Shown here: positions 12,596 through 25,797 of the stretch, piece after piece
Layout: each line of letters begins with the position of its first letter
How positions within the stretch are numbered: the stretch's first letter is position 1
Assembly (NCBI RefSeq): GCF_963921235.1
Contig: NC_086097.1
Location: 243,352,001 to 243,416,000, forward strand
From: Mobula hypostoma
Lineage: Eukaryota
Direction: 5' to 3'
Length of the DNA: 64,000 nt
Program-made: the position numbers and the translations under genes
Notes under the pieces: model-generated
The model's database searches: none
What the model saw: only the letters and a program-made list of their open reading frames with translations
What the model was told of the DNA's origin: nothing

Positions 12596-14700
12596 AACAA
12601 CAAAATTCACAATATATACCAGTGATTCTGATTCTGATTTAAATCCCTGGCAATTCAATCCCTGTTCCCTACTCCTGACTCTAATCTCAGCTGTGTCCTT
12701 AATCTCCAAATAAGGATCCCTGCGGAACACAACCAGGCACAGACCCCCCGAAAGGGAGGTTACTCTGCCGACCATGATGAAAGGTGGTAAGTAGAGTGCA
12801 TGTGGTCCCTCAGCATGGGATCTCTCAGAACAGACCTGATCTCACTGCTCAGATCAGCAGCCGATAAGGAGTCAGACATGTCTGCGGTCCTGCGCCTCAG
12901 CACACTGACTGAGAAGACTGGAATGCACTGGCATGCAAATAATGGACACTTCAGTGTGGAACATTTAGCAGGCAGTTGGGCAAATTTGGACCGTCCAATT
13001 AGCCTGCATTTTCTGAATGAAGCTAGGGACGTTGTAGGGGAGCATATCTGGTTTATATTATGTTCAGAGTCTGAATCCACTCCAGATGAGACACCAGTAC
13101 AACCAATTTGACATTTTTAACTACTCATTTTTGACTCGATATGACCTTAATGTTGAACTTAATGATAGAGGCTAGCCTTGTAGCCCGGAAAGAGCAGAAA
13201 CCATGATGAGATGCTGAAAAAATGCACTTTTCCGAAAGAGAGAGGCCGGACTGACATATCCTGAATTCAGTTGAAATGACTGGAAGATAACAAATTCAGA
13301 AGAATCTGTTTCTAAATTAGAGTAATTTTCTTTTCCGTATTAATGCCATGCTTGGTAATTAATTTTTTTATAGAGCTAGAGACTTAAAGCTTTGTAGCTG
13401 GTCCTTCCGGCCTGACGAGTCCGCCTTGCCCAAATACCAATATATCTGCTAACCCATATGTTGTTTTCAGACGGGGAATGAAGCAGGAAAATTTGGAGAA
13501 AACTCACCTGGTCACAAAGAGAATTTACAAGCTTCCTACAGACAGCAGCAGGAATTGAATCCAGGTCACCGCTGCTGAAATAGCAAAGTTCAAAATACTT
13601 TTCCCATCAAAGTACGTATATATTATACAACCTTGAAATTTGTCTCCTAACAGGCAGTAACGAAACAAAGAAACCCAATAGAACCCATAAAAAAAGGGGA
13701 CCATTAAACACCCAATGTGAAGATCAGAGGAAAAAAAAACAAATCATGCAAACAGCAACTGCAAGCAAATAGCATTCTGAAATGAAGGCCACAATGAGAG
13801 TCCCATAGTTCAGCATAGTTGAACGCAGAGATGAGTCGTGGGGCAGTGAGGTGAACCAGCCCGTCCCTCGCCTCAGGCCCCGACACCCTGACCTTTACAA
13901 TCCGGCCCGGTGCCCAAATTGTTGTCCAAATATCAGGTTCAATCTCCTCGATACACTTTGGGGACAGGACCCCGCCATCTTGATACGGCCTGTGCCCAAC
14001 CCATAGCGTTACACTAAGTATTATTCCGTCCCTGAAGAAAAATAAGAATTCAATGGAGACCCACGTGGTTACAGATGGACTGTACAAACTCCACCACAGC
14101 CAGCACCAGAATCACACCCAGTTCTCTGGCACTGTGAGGCAGAAGCACTACTAACCCTACTGCTGTGCACACAAAGTTTCATGAATTGAACATCCCAACC
14201 AAAGAACTAGAACTCAAAACTTTCACTTTAAATTTAGTACTAATCAATGTCTTTTCTCTTTAAGATGGTGGTTAAAACAAGTACCTTAAATCCTGGGAGT
14301 TATCATGATATAAGGCCATTAGATACAGGAGCAGAATTAGGCCATTTGGCCCATCGAGTCTGCTTTCCCATTTCATCATTGCTGACCCATGTCTTAAATT
14401 CTGCAGAATAATCCACCATACCATCTGCATTCCAGATTTCCACGCACGACAGTCTCTAGTGGTTACAGAGAATGGTGCTGGAAAACAAAAACAAAATTCC
14501 AGTGAGCGGTAATATTGTGGACAAAAAAAAATTGTTCATAGAAGACATCAGCGGAGAAGTGCCAGACTAATTCAAGTTGACAGTAGACATGCATTACAAC
14601 AAAAGTGTCCCTGAATGCACACCATATTGAACCTTGAAGTGGATGGACTAAAGGAGAAGACCGCGAACGTGCTCTCAGTGGCCACTTTATTAGGCACAGG

Positions 14701-14930
14701 GGAGGGGAGGGATTGTCGACTCAGGCCTAAGGGGCCAGCGTCGGGCATCTTCATGCCTCACAAGGCGTGGAACGAAAGACTGTGTGGGGCGCCACTCCTC
14801 ACACAGACATGGAGCAATTTGTGGTTAAGTGCCTCGCTCGAGGACACAACACGCTGCCTCGGCTAAGGCTCGAACTGGCGACCTTCAGATCACTAGATGA
14901 ACGCCTTAACCACTTGGCCATGTGCCCAAC
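14701..14930 (-). mobile_element. tRNA-derived SINE with CORE-like central motif, inserted between two inverted Tc1 termini
   Basis: Minus strand has box A (tggccaagtgg), box B (agttcgagcc) and tgtgtcctcgagcgaggcacttaacc; 9-bp TSD AGGCACAGG (14692-14700, 14931-14939). Confidence 0.8.
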
Positions 14931-15212
14931 AGGCACAGGAGGAATCTAATAAAGTGGTCACTGGAAGTAGGATATGTGCATAGGAACAGAGTGAAGCCAG
15001 GGAACTACTTAACAGGCCTATTTATTCCGTTATGTTCTTTGTGTAAGTGGATTCACCTCAGCATGGCCGTGTTTCCTTATCATCGTGCATCTCTGTAATA
15101 ATGCCAGAACGGTGTACAGTGCTCATTTCTGCCTGACTCGTCATGAAGCTGGAAAGGGTGCTCAAAAGATGGACAAGGATATTAGTGGAGGCCTTGAGGA
15201 TATTAGGTAGTG

Positions 15213-15970
15213 CAAGGGTCCCCAACCTTTGGTGCACCGTGGACCGGTTTAATATTGACAATATTCTTGCGGACCGGCCGACCGGGGTGGATGTTCAAGT
15301 AGGGTTAAACTCACCTCAACATGTCTTTTACCGTTAGGGTTGCCAACTTTCTCACTCCCAAATAAGGGATAAAAGTAGCAGTCAAATCCCGGGACGCTTT
15401 ACCCCAGGAAAGACTACCATGACCATGAAGCCTTGTGCGGGCACCTGTGTGCGCATGTGATGTGCTCATGCGCATACGTGACAATTTTATCCCCACAAAT
15501 CGGTTTTGCCTTCATCTTCCCATCCATACTGTACATACATTATTTCTACTTTATATAGGCTGTGTATTTATCATATCATTCCTGCTTTTACTATATGTTA
15601 GTGTTATTTATTTTCAGTTTTATGGGTTATTTGGTATGATTTGGTAGGTTATTTTTTGGGTCTGGGAACGCTCAAAAATTTTTCCCATATAAATTAATGG
15701 TAATTGCTTCTTCGCTTCACGCCATTTTGGCACAAAAGGTTTTATAGGAACGTTCTACCTTAGCGGGGGAAATACAGGACAAACCAATTTAGCCCAATAT
15801 ATGGGATGTCCCGGCAAATACGGGACAGTTGGCAACCCTATGTTCAAGTTCAACAAGGCGTGACAGGGAATGAGGAAAGGTGCAGCTGACTCGTATCGTT
15901 TCCTCGCGGCCTGGTGGCATATGCTTTGCAGCCCGGTACCGGTCCGTGGCCTGGTGGTTGGGGACCGCTG
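15213..15970. mobile_element. hAT (Charlie-type) MITE carrying a nested hAT (Tip100-type) element at 15300-15840
   Basis: Outer TIRs caagggtccccaacc / ggttggggaccgctg with TSD aggtagtg/aggtagag; inner tagggtt...ggcaacccta flanked by perfect 8-bp TSD TGTTCAAG. Confidence 0.8.
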
Positions 15971-16199
15971 AGGTAGAGGCTGGATAGGTTGCCACAGTTT
16001 TCCCTGGAGTGAAGGAGGCTGAGGGTAGGTAGTCACAGTCTTTTTCTCCAGGGTGAAGAAGTCTAAAACTAGAAGACATAGATTTAAGGTGAGAGGGGAA
16101 AGATTTAATGAGCACCTGCGGGGCAAACTGTTTCACACAGACTGGAATGAGCGGCCACAGAAACATATGAAGATGGGTACAATTGTAATGTATGTGAAT

Positions 16200-16497
16200 G
16201 GGCGCCATGGTAGTGTAGCGGTTAGCATGGCGCTGTTAAAGTTCTTGGGCGTCGGAGTTTGGAGCTCAATTCCAGCGTCCTCTGTAAGCAAGTTTGTACG
16301 TTCCTTCCCGTGTGCGTGGATTTCCTCTGGGTGCTCCAGTTTGCTCTCACAGTCCAAAGGTCTACTGATTAGTAGGTTACTTGGCCAATGTAAATTGCCG
16401 TGTGATTAGGCAAGGGTTTCATCAGAGGGTTGCTAGAGGCCATGGGTCAGTGGACTGGAACAGCCTGTTCTGTGCTTCATCGCTAAATAAATAAAAA
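16200..16497 (+). mobile_element. HE1-like V-SINE; related copies at about 13390-13585, 25478-25680, 28345-28570, 33690-33810, 39070-39320, 44700-44965, 47835-47930
   Basis: tRNA-like head ggtagtgtagcggttagc...tcaattcc, V-domain-like gcgtggatttcctctgggtgctccagttt, A-rich tail. Confidence 0.75.
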
Positions 16498-16507
16498 AGA
16501 TTTAAAG

Positions 16508-16574
16508 TAGGGGTTCCCAAACAGGGGTCTACAGTTTCTTCAGTTAATGGCATAAAAAAGGTTATGAACCCCTG
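16508..16574. mobile_element. Tiny hAT MITE, decayed copy of 40705-40784
   Basis: TIR taggggttcccaa / tgaacccctg; imperfect TSD atttaaag/gttcaaag; shared internal atggcataaaaaaggtt. Confidence 0.65.
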
Positions 16575-18042
16575 GTTCAAAGGCATATGGATGAAATGCA
16601 GGCCATTGGAACTGGCTTGGATAGATATCTCAATCATCATGAATGGGTTGGGCCAAAGGGCATGTGTCTGTGCTGTATAGGTTGATAAGCTCTACGGTTT
16701 GAGATATATTTATATGTCCAGGATGAAAACATAAATGGATGGGTTAGTAAGTTTGCTGACAATACAACAATTGGTGGTGTTATGGACTGTGTAAAAAGGG
16801 TAAAATGCAAACAGGCTTTTTCCGCTAAGGTTGGGTGGGGTCACACCAGAAGTCATGGGTTAAGGGTGAAAGGTGAAATGTTTAAGGGGAACATGAGGGG
16901 AATCTTGTTCATTCTAAAGGTCATGAGAGTGTGGAACAAGCTGCCCGCACAAGTGGTCCATGTGAGCTCGATTTCATCATTTAAGAGACGTTTGGGTAGG
17001 TACGTGGCTGGTAGGAAGGTTATGGTCCCACTGCAGGGACTAGATGGGCCAAAGGGCCTGTTTCTGTGCTGTACTTTTCTGTGACTCTAAAAGATACAAT
17101 GGGATATAGATCAGAGGCAGATATCGGCAGAGAAATAGCAGATAGAGTTTAAGCCAGCTAAATGTGAAGTTTGCCGCTTTGGGAGATCAAATGTAAAGGG
17201 ACAATACACTATTAATGGCAAAACCTTTAGTGTGGGGCCCAAGTTCATAGTTCCCTAAAAGTGACTGCACAGATTGACTGGGTGGTAAAGAAGGTATGTT
17301 GCACGCTTGCCTTTTTCAGTTCAGCAGTGCAGCTGTGGAGTCTGAGGGGACATACGTTAGAGGTTTATAACATTTCGAAATGCCCTTTTAGAGTAGACAG
17401 TCAGTACCTTTTCACCAGGGCCGAAATGTCCAATATCAGAGAACATGCATTTAAAGTGACAAGGGATGTTCAGAAGAGATGTGCGTGGCAAGCTTCATTA
17501 AGTAGAGTGCGGTGGGCACTCTCCACCGTACACCTTTAGAGGTTTGTCAGAGTTTTAGATGTCATGCAGGATCTTTGCAAACTTATAAGGAAGTAGAGGT
17601 GCTGCCATGCTTTCTTTGTAATTGTCCTCTAAAAGCTAATCAATAAGCTCCAAGACCTGGGCCTCAGTACCTCCTTGTGCAATTGGATCCTTGTAGACCC
17701 CCAAGTCAGTTCAGATTGGCGACAACATCTCCTCCACAATCTCCATCAGCACAGGTCCACCACAAGGCTGTGTGCTTAGCCCCTTGCTCTACTCACTTCG
17801 CACTTATGACCGTGAGGCTAAGCACAGCTCCAATGCCATATTCAAGTTTGCTGACAAACCAAAGGCCAAATCAAAGGTGGTGAAAAATCAGTATATTGGA
17901 GGGAGATTGAAAATCTGAGTGGTGTCCTGACAGCAACCTCTTACTCAATGTCAGAAAGGCCAAGGAGCAGACTGTAGACTTCAGGAAAAGGAAACCGGAG
18001 GGTCAGAGCTGGGGAAGGTCAATACAAGTTGAATGTAGGGTC

Positions 18043-18892
18043 TGTGACAAGAATACACATAGATTAAGATGTAGCTGGCCTGGGCTGGCACCAGTGGAAT
18101 CAGCAGTTAGTTTGCCACCTGTCTTCAGGAGAGAGAGAGATAAGGAGAACAATGGTGCAGCATTTGGAGATGTTAATGAAGGAAGGAGAGCTGTCAAGAT
18201 CGGCTCCCCCTTTGAACCCTGAACTGTTTGAAGTGATGGACAGGCGATACCCCAGCAGGGGGATAAAAAGGGACAGGTTCGCTAAGGCAGGACACACATG
18301 ACACCCCGAGGTAACGAGACCCTGGAAGCGGTGCGTCTCTCACAAGTCGGTGGGAAGTACCGGGCCATAAACACACAGGGTGGAAAGGCACGATCGGCGG
18401 GAACCTGGTGTGTGTCCACCCTTGCCTGGGTGCTGGGTTCACCGCAGGGAAACGATCGTATCTGGAAACGGAGGGGTCACGGTCGGTGACCTCAGATGAC
18501 ATCACAAAGGACTCGCCCGAAAGCTGACTGCGAAGGTCTGTGTGGAAGCCTTGAATATTCATTCGTTTTGCTCTCTCTCTCCTTCCCCCCACTGTCCATC
18601 TCCCACGGCAGCGATTACTGCGAACTGAACTGAACTAAATTGAACTGAACTTTGCGTCACTTTGAAACTGGTCGTTTACCCCTAGACGACGATAGAGCTT
18701 GATTGATCCTGTTATCTTAATTCTGTGTACATGTATGTTTATCATTGCTGAACTGTTGCATTCATTATCCTTTTGATTAGAGTACTGTGTTGCTTGTTTT
18801 TTTAATAAAACTTTCTTAGTTCTAGTAATCCAGACTCCAACTGAGTGATCCATTTCTGCTGGTTTGGCAACCCAGTTATGGGGTACGTAACA
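18043..18892 (+). mobile_element. Solo LTR (850 bp), Gypsy- or ERV-type
   Basis: TGTGAC...GTAACA termini, perfect 4-bp TSD GGTC (18039-18042, 18893-18896), TATA-like GATAAAA at 18262, AATAAA at 18804, CpG-rich interior. Confidence 0.9.
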
Positions 18893-20663
18893 GGTCAAAG
18901 AAATACATTTACTTTAAATTAGTTGAAAGTTTTTTCAACTGTTTCTAGCTGACATTGATTCCTGGGAACAATATTGTAACCTCATGAGCTGGCAGAAATT
19001 CTTTCCGTCTGGCTGTGGACAGCCCCTAGTTTCCACAGCCAGTTGTCTGTTCCACCTCTCAGCTGAATGGGAGCCACAGTCCAGCCAATGGTGGTGAGTG
19101 TGACTTAGAGCAAACAGGATGAGTGGAAGTGTTCTAATATTGTCTGGACCTATAACTCTAACATGGGAAAGCAAAGCATTGCCAGAAATAAAGGAGGGCA
19201 AAATTACATGTGCTCATGAATATTATTGAAAGTCCCTTGACAAAATATGAAATGGAAAGAAAAATAACTGTTATGTTGTGACATCAATTGTCAAAACAAG
19301 GTCATTGCTATATCAAAACTAGAATTCAGCTGTCTAAATAAGATACTCAAAGAATGAATTCATTCAGGGACTGGCCTTGAAATAACTAACATATTAGCTT
19401 TGATCCATTCAAAGAAAACAATGAATCAATGATTCCTTGCAACACCTCTCTGACACAGTGGTGTCAAGAAAACAACCTCTTTCTCAATGTTGCAAAAACA
19501 AAGGAGCTAGTTGTGGATTACAGGAGGATTGGAGATAGGCTAATTCCTATTGACATCAATGGATCTGGGGTTGAGAGGGTGAACAACTTCAAGTTCTTCA
19601 GCATCCACATCACCAAGGACCTCACACACCTGTACACACCAGCTGTGTGGTGGAAAAGGCACAATAGCACCTCTTTCACCTGAGATGGTTGAGGAAGCTT
19701 GGTATAGGCCCCCAAATCCTAAGAAATTTCTACAGGGGCACAATTGAGAGCATCCTGACTGGCTGCATCACTGTCTGGTATGGGAACTGTACCTCCCTTA
19801 ATCACAGGAGTCTGCAGAGAGTGGTGCGGATAGCCCAGTGCATCTGTAGTTGTGAACTTTGCGTGATTCAGGACATTTACAAGGACAGGTCAGTAAGAAG
19901 GGCCCGTAGGATCATTGGGGACCCAAGCCAACCCAGCCACAATCTATTCCAGCTGCAACCGTCCGGGAAACGGTTCCGCAGCATAAAAGCCAGGACCAAC
20001 AGGCGCCGGGACAGCTTCTTCCAGCAGGCCATCAGACTGATGAACTCACGCTGATTTGACTGTACTCTATATTACATTGACTGTGCTATTTATTATGAAT
20101 GTCTATGATTGCACATGGCACATTTAGGTGGGGATGTAACATAAAGATTTTTACTCCTCATGTATGTGAGGGATGTAAGAGATAAAGTGTGGAATGAGCT
20201 GCCAGCACAGATGGTGCATGTGAGCTCGATTTCAACATTTAAGTTTGAATGGTAGGGGTGTCGAGGTTAAGGGAGTAGGAAGTTTAAGTGGTTCAGATTG
20301 GCTACAAGGGCTAAAAGGCCTTTTGCTATGATTCTATGACTCTATAGTAAATGAGATTGATGAAAACAACTCTTGGATTTCCAGCATCTGCAGATTTTTT
20401 CTTGTTATATTTGAAAACAACAGCTGCAGTCAGAAGCTAAAATCAGAAAGAAGTTAAGAATCAGTTTGAGGAAAGTCAAATGGAGAAATAAAAATACAGA
20501 AATGAGAAAATGACAAGAAGGAAATAAATTAGTTCTGCAGTTGATCCTGTTTACACAATGAGGTACAGTTTTTGCTTAGACTGCCTTTGATTTAAGTTTT
20601 TGTTTTGAAAGGGCAGACAAATCGTTGAAAACGAACTTGCAGGTGCAACACACTATTGAAATC

Positions 20664-20968
20664 ACAAGAGATTCTGCAGATGATGGAAATCCCGAGTAAC
20701 ACACACAAAATGTTGGAGGAGCTCATCAAGCCAGGCAACGTCAAAGGAAAGGAATAAAGAGTTAATGTTTCGGGGCAAGACCCTTCATCAGCCAGCTACG
20801 GCAGCCTTCTGGGAGCAGGGTCTTTCAGAAAGTTATGATATAACATTATATCTTCTCCTTCCTTCCTCTCAAGCCCCAGTGAAGGGTCTCGGCCTAAAAC
20901 ATCGACTGATTACTCCTCTCCACAGATACTCTCCGACTTGCTGAGTTCCTCCAGCATATTGTGTGTGG
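20664..20968. mobile_element. Two Penelope terminal-repeat fragments in inverted orientation, each with a hammerhead-like motif
   Basis: 20664-20793 is a diverged reverse complement of 20875-20968; the minus-strand copy keeps CTGATGA...GAAAC. Confidence 0.7.
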
Positions 20969-21197
20969 GTCAAAGATTCAAAGTACATTTATTATCAAAG
21001 AATGTATAGATTATACAACATAGAGATTTGTTTGCTCACTGGTAGCCACAAAGCAAGAGAACTGAAAGAATCCAATTAAAGAAAAGAAAGAATAAAAATA
21101 AAAAGACCAACATTCTATGCGCAAGAGAAAAAAAAAGGTCTTACAAACAATTGAAGCAAATAACAACATCTTAAACCAAAAACTGAGTCCTCAGATC

Positions 21198-21738
21198 AGG
21201 TAATGATGCAGCTCTATAAAACTCTGGTGAGGTCACACTTGGAGTACTGTGTCCAGTTCTGGTCGCCTCACAACAGGAAGGATGTGGAAGCATTGAAAAG
21301 GGTACAGAGGAGATTTACCAGGATGCTGCCTGGTTTAGAAAGTACGCATTATGATCAGAGATTAAGGGAGCTAGGGCTTTGCTCTTCGGAGAGAAGGAGA
21401 CATGATTGACGTATACAAGATATTAAGAGGAATGGATAAAGTGGATAGCCAGCGCCTCTTCCCCAGGGCACCACTGCTCAATACAAGAGGACATGGCTTT
21501 CAAGTAAGGGGTGGGAAGTTCAAGGGGGATATTAAAGGAAGGTTTTTTACTCAGAGAGTGGTTGGTGCATGCAATTCACTGCCTGAGTCAGTGGTGGAGG
21601 CAGATACACTAGTGAAATTTAAGAGACTGCTACACAGGTATATGGAGGAATTTAAGGTGGGGGTTATATGGGAGGTAGGATTTAAGGGTCAGCACAACAC
21701 TGTGGGCCAGAAGGCCTGTACTGTGCTGTACTATTCTA
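21198..21738 (+). mobile_element. CR1 3' fragment (young subfamily)
   Basis: MQLYKTLVRSHLEYCVQFWSP; near-identical to 27540-28090. Confidence 0.9.
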
Positions 21739-21744
21739 CAACGC

Positions 21745-22980
21745 AAGAGAGGGAAAAGGGAATGGAAAATGGTGAAGGGAGGTGGAGGTGGAGGCATTAC
21801 TGGAAATTTGAGATTGCAGGCTAGCTAAACAGAATACTATAAGGTGTTGTTCCTCCAACCTGACTGTGGCCTTATCCTGACAATGGATAAGGTCATGGAT
21901 GGACATATCAGAATGGGAATGGGAAGTGGAATTAAAATGGGTGGCCACTGGAATATCGCGCTTGTTCTGCCCGACGGAGCGTAGATGCTCGGTGAAACGG
22001 TCTCCCAATCTACATTGGGTCTCACTGATATACAAGAGGCCACACCGGGAGCACTGAACACAGTAAATTACCCCAACAGATTCACAGGTAAAGTGTCGCC
22101 TCACCTGGAAGGTCTGCTTGGGGCCCTGGATGGTACTGAGGGAGGAGGTGGAGGGGCAGGTGTAGCACTTGTTCTGCTTGCAAGGATAAGTGCCAGGAGG
22201 GAGATCAGAGGGGAGGAATGAATGGACAAGGGAATCGCATAGGGAGCGATCCCTGCGGAAAGCATAAAGTGGGGGGAGGGAAAGATGTGCTTGGTGGTGG
22301 GATCCCATTGGAGGTGGCAGAAGTTTCGGAGGATTCTGTGCTGGACACAGAGGCTGGTGGGGTGGTAGGTGAGGACAAGAGGAACCCTGTCCCTGGTAGG
22401 GTGGCAGGAGGATGGGGTAAGAGAAGACGTGCGTGAAATGGAAGAGATGCAGTTGAGGGCAGCGTTGGTGGGAGATGAAGGGAAGCCCTTTTCTTTGAGA
22501 AAGGAGGACATTTCCTTCATTCTACAAAGAAAAGCCTCATCCTGAGAGCAGATGCGACAGAGATGGAGGAATTGAAAGAAGGGGATGGCATTTTACTTCT
22601 AGTAATGCCTCCACCCCCCCTTCACCATTTCTCACCCCCTTGTCCCTCTCTAATGTCTGCCCAGAGCTTCCATCTAGTGCTCCTCCTCCTCCCCCCCTCA
22701 CTTTCTTCTTTCCTCCAAGGCTTCCATCTCTTTCACTGATCAACTTCCTACCTCTTTGTTTCATCCCTCCCCCTCCAAGTTCCACCTATTACCCAGCGTT
22801 TCTCTTTCCCCTCACCCCCACCTTTAAAATATACTCCTCAGCTTTTTTGCTCCAGTCCTGCTGAAGGCTTTCGGCCTGAAACGTCAACTTTTTTCCATAG
22901 ATGCTTCCTGACCTTCTGAGTTCCTTCAGCATTTTGTGTGTGTTGCTCGGATTTCCAGCATCTGCAGATTTTCTCTCTTT
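21745..22980 (-). mobile_element. Penelope-like retroelement: GIY-YIG endonuclease end (21745-22590, minus) plus inverted 3' terminal repeat (22595-22980, plus)
   Basis: PGTYPCKQNKCYTCP...FTCESVGVIYCVQCSRCGLLYISET...RFTEHLRSV...VATHFN is a Penelope Zn-finger/GIY-YIG region; 22597-22650 is an inverted copy of 21750-21805. Confidence 0.9.
22854..22889 (+). ncRNA. Minimal type I hammerhead ribozyme motif in a Penelope repeat (one core substitution)
   Basis: agtc CTGCTGA aggc-tttcg-gcct GAAAC GTC aact: stem I with one mismatch, CUGANGA box with A6>C, stem II, GAAA box, minimal stem III, GUC cleavage triplet. Confidence 0.65.
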
Positions 22981-25797
22981 TGAGGCCATTTAAATGGTTC
23001 AGCATGGACTAGATGGGCCAAAGTTCCTGCTTCTGTGCTGTACTTCTCTATGACTCTATGAACTTCGAAACCTTGGATTTGTTGTCTTCACAGTGCTGAG
23101 TCCAATTAAAAGAGAAATTGAGAGTAGTGTTATTTAATATATTCATAGGGAATGAGATTATTGAATTCACCTGCTGAGAATGAGATCTGATCGAGACCTA
23201 GTTCATGAGATTAGGGAGACTCAGCTCTTAGTCACAAAGTGAATAAAGGTGCTGGGCCTGCTGTTGCTCGTCATCCAAATCAACAATCTGGATGATAATG
23301 TGGGAAATTGGATCTGCAAATTTGTGGATGACAACAAGATTAGGGGGGCGGGGTAGTGGACAGCAAAGAGGACCATCAAAGTACAAAGTACATTTATTGT
23401 CAAAGAATGTATAAGTTATATATTTCATCTGCTTACGGGCAGCCATAGAGCATGAAACACGGAAGATCCCAATTTAAAGAAGACCAGAACCCAATGCACA
23501 GAGAGAGAAAAAAATCCTTTATACTTTACTGTCGCCAAACAATTGATACCAGAACATACAATCTTCACAGTGATATATGATTCTGTGCTTCCCACTCCCT
23601 GGATTACAAATCGATAGTAAATAGAACCATAGAACCATAGAAACTACAGCACAGAAACAGGCCCTTTGGCCCTTCTTGGCTGTGCCGAACCATTTTCTGC
23701 CTAGTCCCACTGACCTGCACACAGACCATATCCTTCCATACACCTCATTCAGGATCCATTCAGCAGTCTTATCACAGTTGGAAAGAAGCTGTTCCCAAAT
23801 CTGGCCATACGAGTCTTCAAGCTCCTCAGCCTTCTCCCGGAGGGAAGAGGGACGAAAAGTGTGTTGGCTGGGTGGGTCGTGTCCTTGATTATCCTGGCAG
23901 CACTGCTCCGACAGCGTGCGGTGTAAAGTGAGTCCAAGGGCGGAAGATTGGTTTGTGCCAATTTTGTGCCAAAATGCAAATAGTGCAAACAATAAAAGCA
24001 AGCAACAGCATTTAGAACTGAATTGAGTCCATAGACCCAGAGTCCTGAGCAGCCAGAGTTAGGCCAAAAGCCTCGGTCTCAGTTCAACCCAATTCAACCC
24101 AGAAGAACCCAATTTCAAAAAAGACCGACACCCAATCCACAGCGAGAGAAAGAGAAAGAAAAACACAAGTCATATCAACAATAGAAGCAAGCAACAGCGC
24201 CCAGAATCAAATTGGGCCCATAGCGCTGAAGCCCAGAGGAACTGGAGTAGGCCCATAGCCTCAGCCTCAGTTCATCACACAGCAGGACAAATCACCGTGA
24301 AGCTCACAGATATGGACCCTGGATCAGCCAGAGCAGTCTCACAGCCTCAGTGCTGTGTGGAAAGTCAGAGGCATTTCCCCAGGGCTGAAATGGCTAACAT
24401 GAGAGGGAACAGTTTTAAGGTGCTTGGAAGCAGGTACAGAGGCGATGTCAGGGGTAAGTTTTTTACGCAGAGAGTGGTGAGTGCGTGGAATGGATGGTGG
24501 AGGTGGAAACGATAGGGACTTTTAAAAGACTTCTGGATAGGTACATGGAGCTTAGGAAAATAGAGGGCTATGGGTAACCCTAGGTAATTTCTAAGTAAGT
24601 ACATGTTTGGCACAGCTTTGTGGGCCGAAGGGCCTGTATTGTGCTGTGGGCTTTCTATGTTTCAATGTTTCTATGACAACCAGAGGTCAAGGGTTAAGGG
24701 TGAAAGGAGAGATGTTTATGGGGAACATTAGGGGAAACTTCACTCAGAGGATGGTGAGCGTGTGGAGCGAGCTGCCAGTGCAAGTGTTGGATATGGGCTC
24801 AATACTAAAACTTAAGAGAAATTTGGATAGGTACACAGATGGGAGGGGTACAGAAGGTTATGTCCTGGTTGCAGGTTGATGGGCTAGGCAGATTAATGGT
24901 TCAGCACAAACTAGATGGACTGAAAGGCCTGTTTTGTGCTGTAGTTTTCTGTGACTGTATGACTCTATGGCATATTATGCCCTCTATCCGCTTTCGTTCT
25001 AGTCCTGATAAGGACCTCAGCCAGAACCATCAACTGTTCTTTTCCTTCCATAGACGCTGCCTGACCTTCTGAGTTAACCCAGCATCACTGAGCTGTTCCC
25101 ACAACCTATGGGCTCTCTTTCAAGGACTCTTCATCTCATGTTCTCGATATTTATTGTTTACGTATAATTATCACTTCATTTTTTTTACTTTTTTATTTGC
25201 ACAGTTTGTTGACTTTTGCACACTGGTTGTCCATCCTGTTTGGTGCAGTCTTTCATTGATTCTATTATGGTTATTGCCACAGGCAACTGTGGAGGCTTAG
25301 TCATTGGGCATATTTAAGGCAGAGGTTGATAGATTCTTGATTGGTCAGGGCATGAAGGAATATGGAGAGAAGGCAGGAGATTGAGGATGAGAGGAAAATT
25401 GGATCAGCCATCATAAAATGGCAGAGCAGACTCAATGGTCCAAATTACCTAATTCTGTTCCTTATCTTATGGTCTGATTAACCTACTAACTGGTATATCT
25501 ATGGACTGTGGGAGGAAACCAGAGCAAATGGAGGAAACCAAAAGTCCATGGGAAAATATACAAACTCCTTACAGGCAATGGCAGGAATTGAACCCGGGTC
25601 ATGGGTACTGTGGTGAGTAATGTCAGGAATTGAACCCGGGTCATGGGTACTGTGGTGAGTTGTGCCAACCACTATCCCTTTCATAATTTTTTATGTTTCT
25701 ATCAGATCCTTCTTCTCATCCTTCTGAATTCCAGACAGTACAGTCCCAGGCAACTCAATTATGTATAGAATTTATTCTCGGCATGTAGACATGCCAT

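Noticed and set aside
14840..14925. tRNA gene on the minus strand
   Set aside because: It is the tRNA-derived head of a SINE with TSD and continues into the SINE body; no complete cloverleaf.
25584..25660. Two direct repeats of about 38 bp, superficially CRISPR-like
   Set aside because: A tandem duplication inside a SINE head with no spacer, in eukaryotic DNA.
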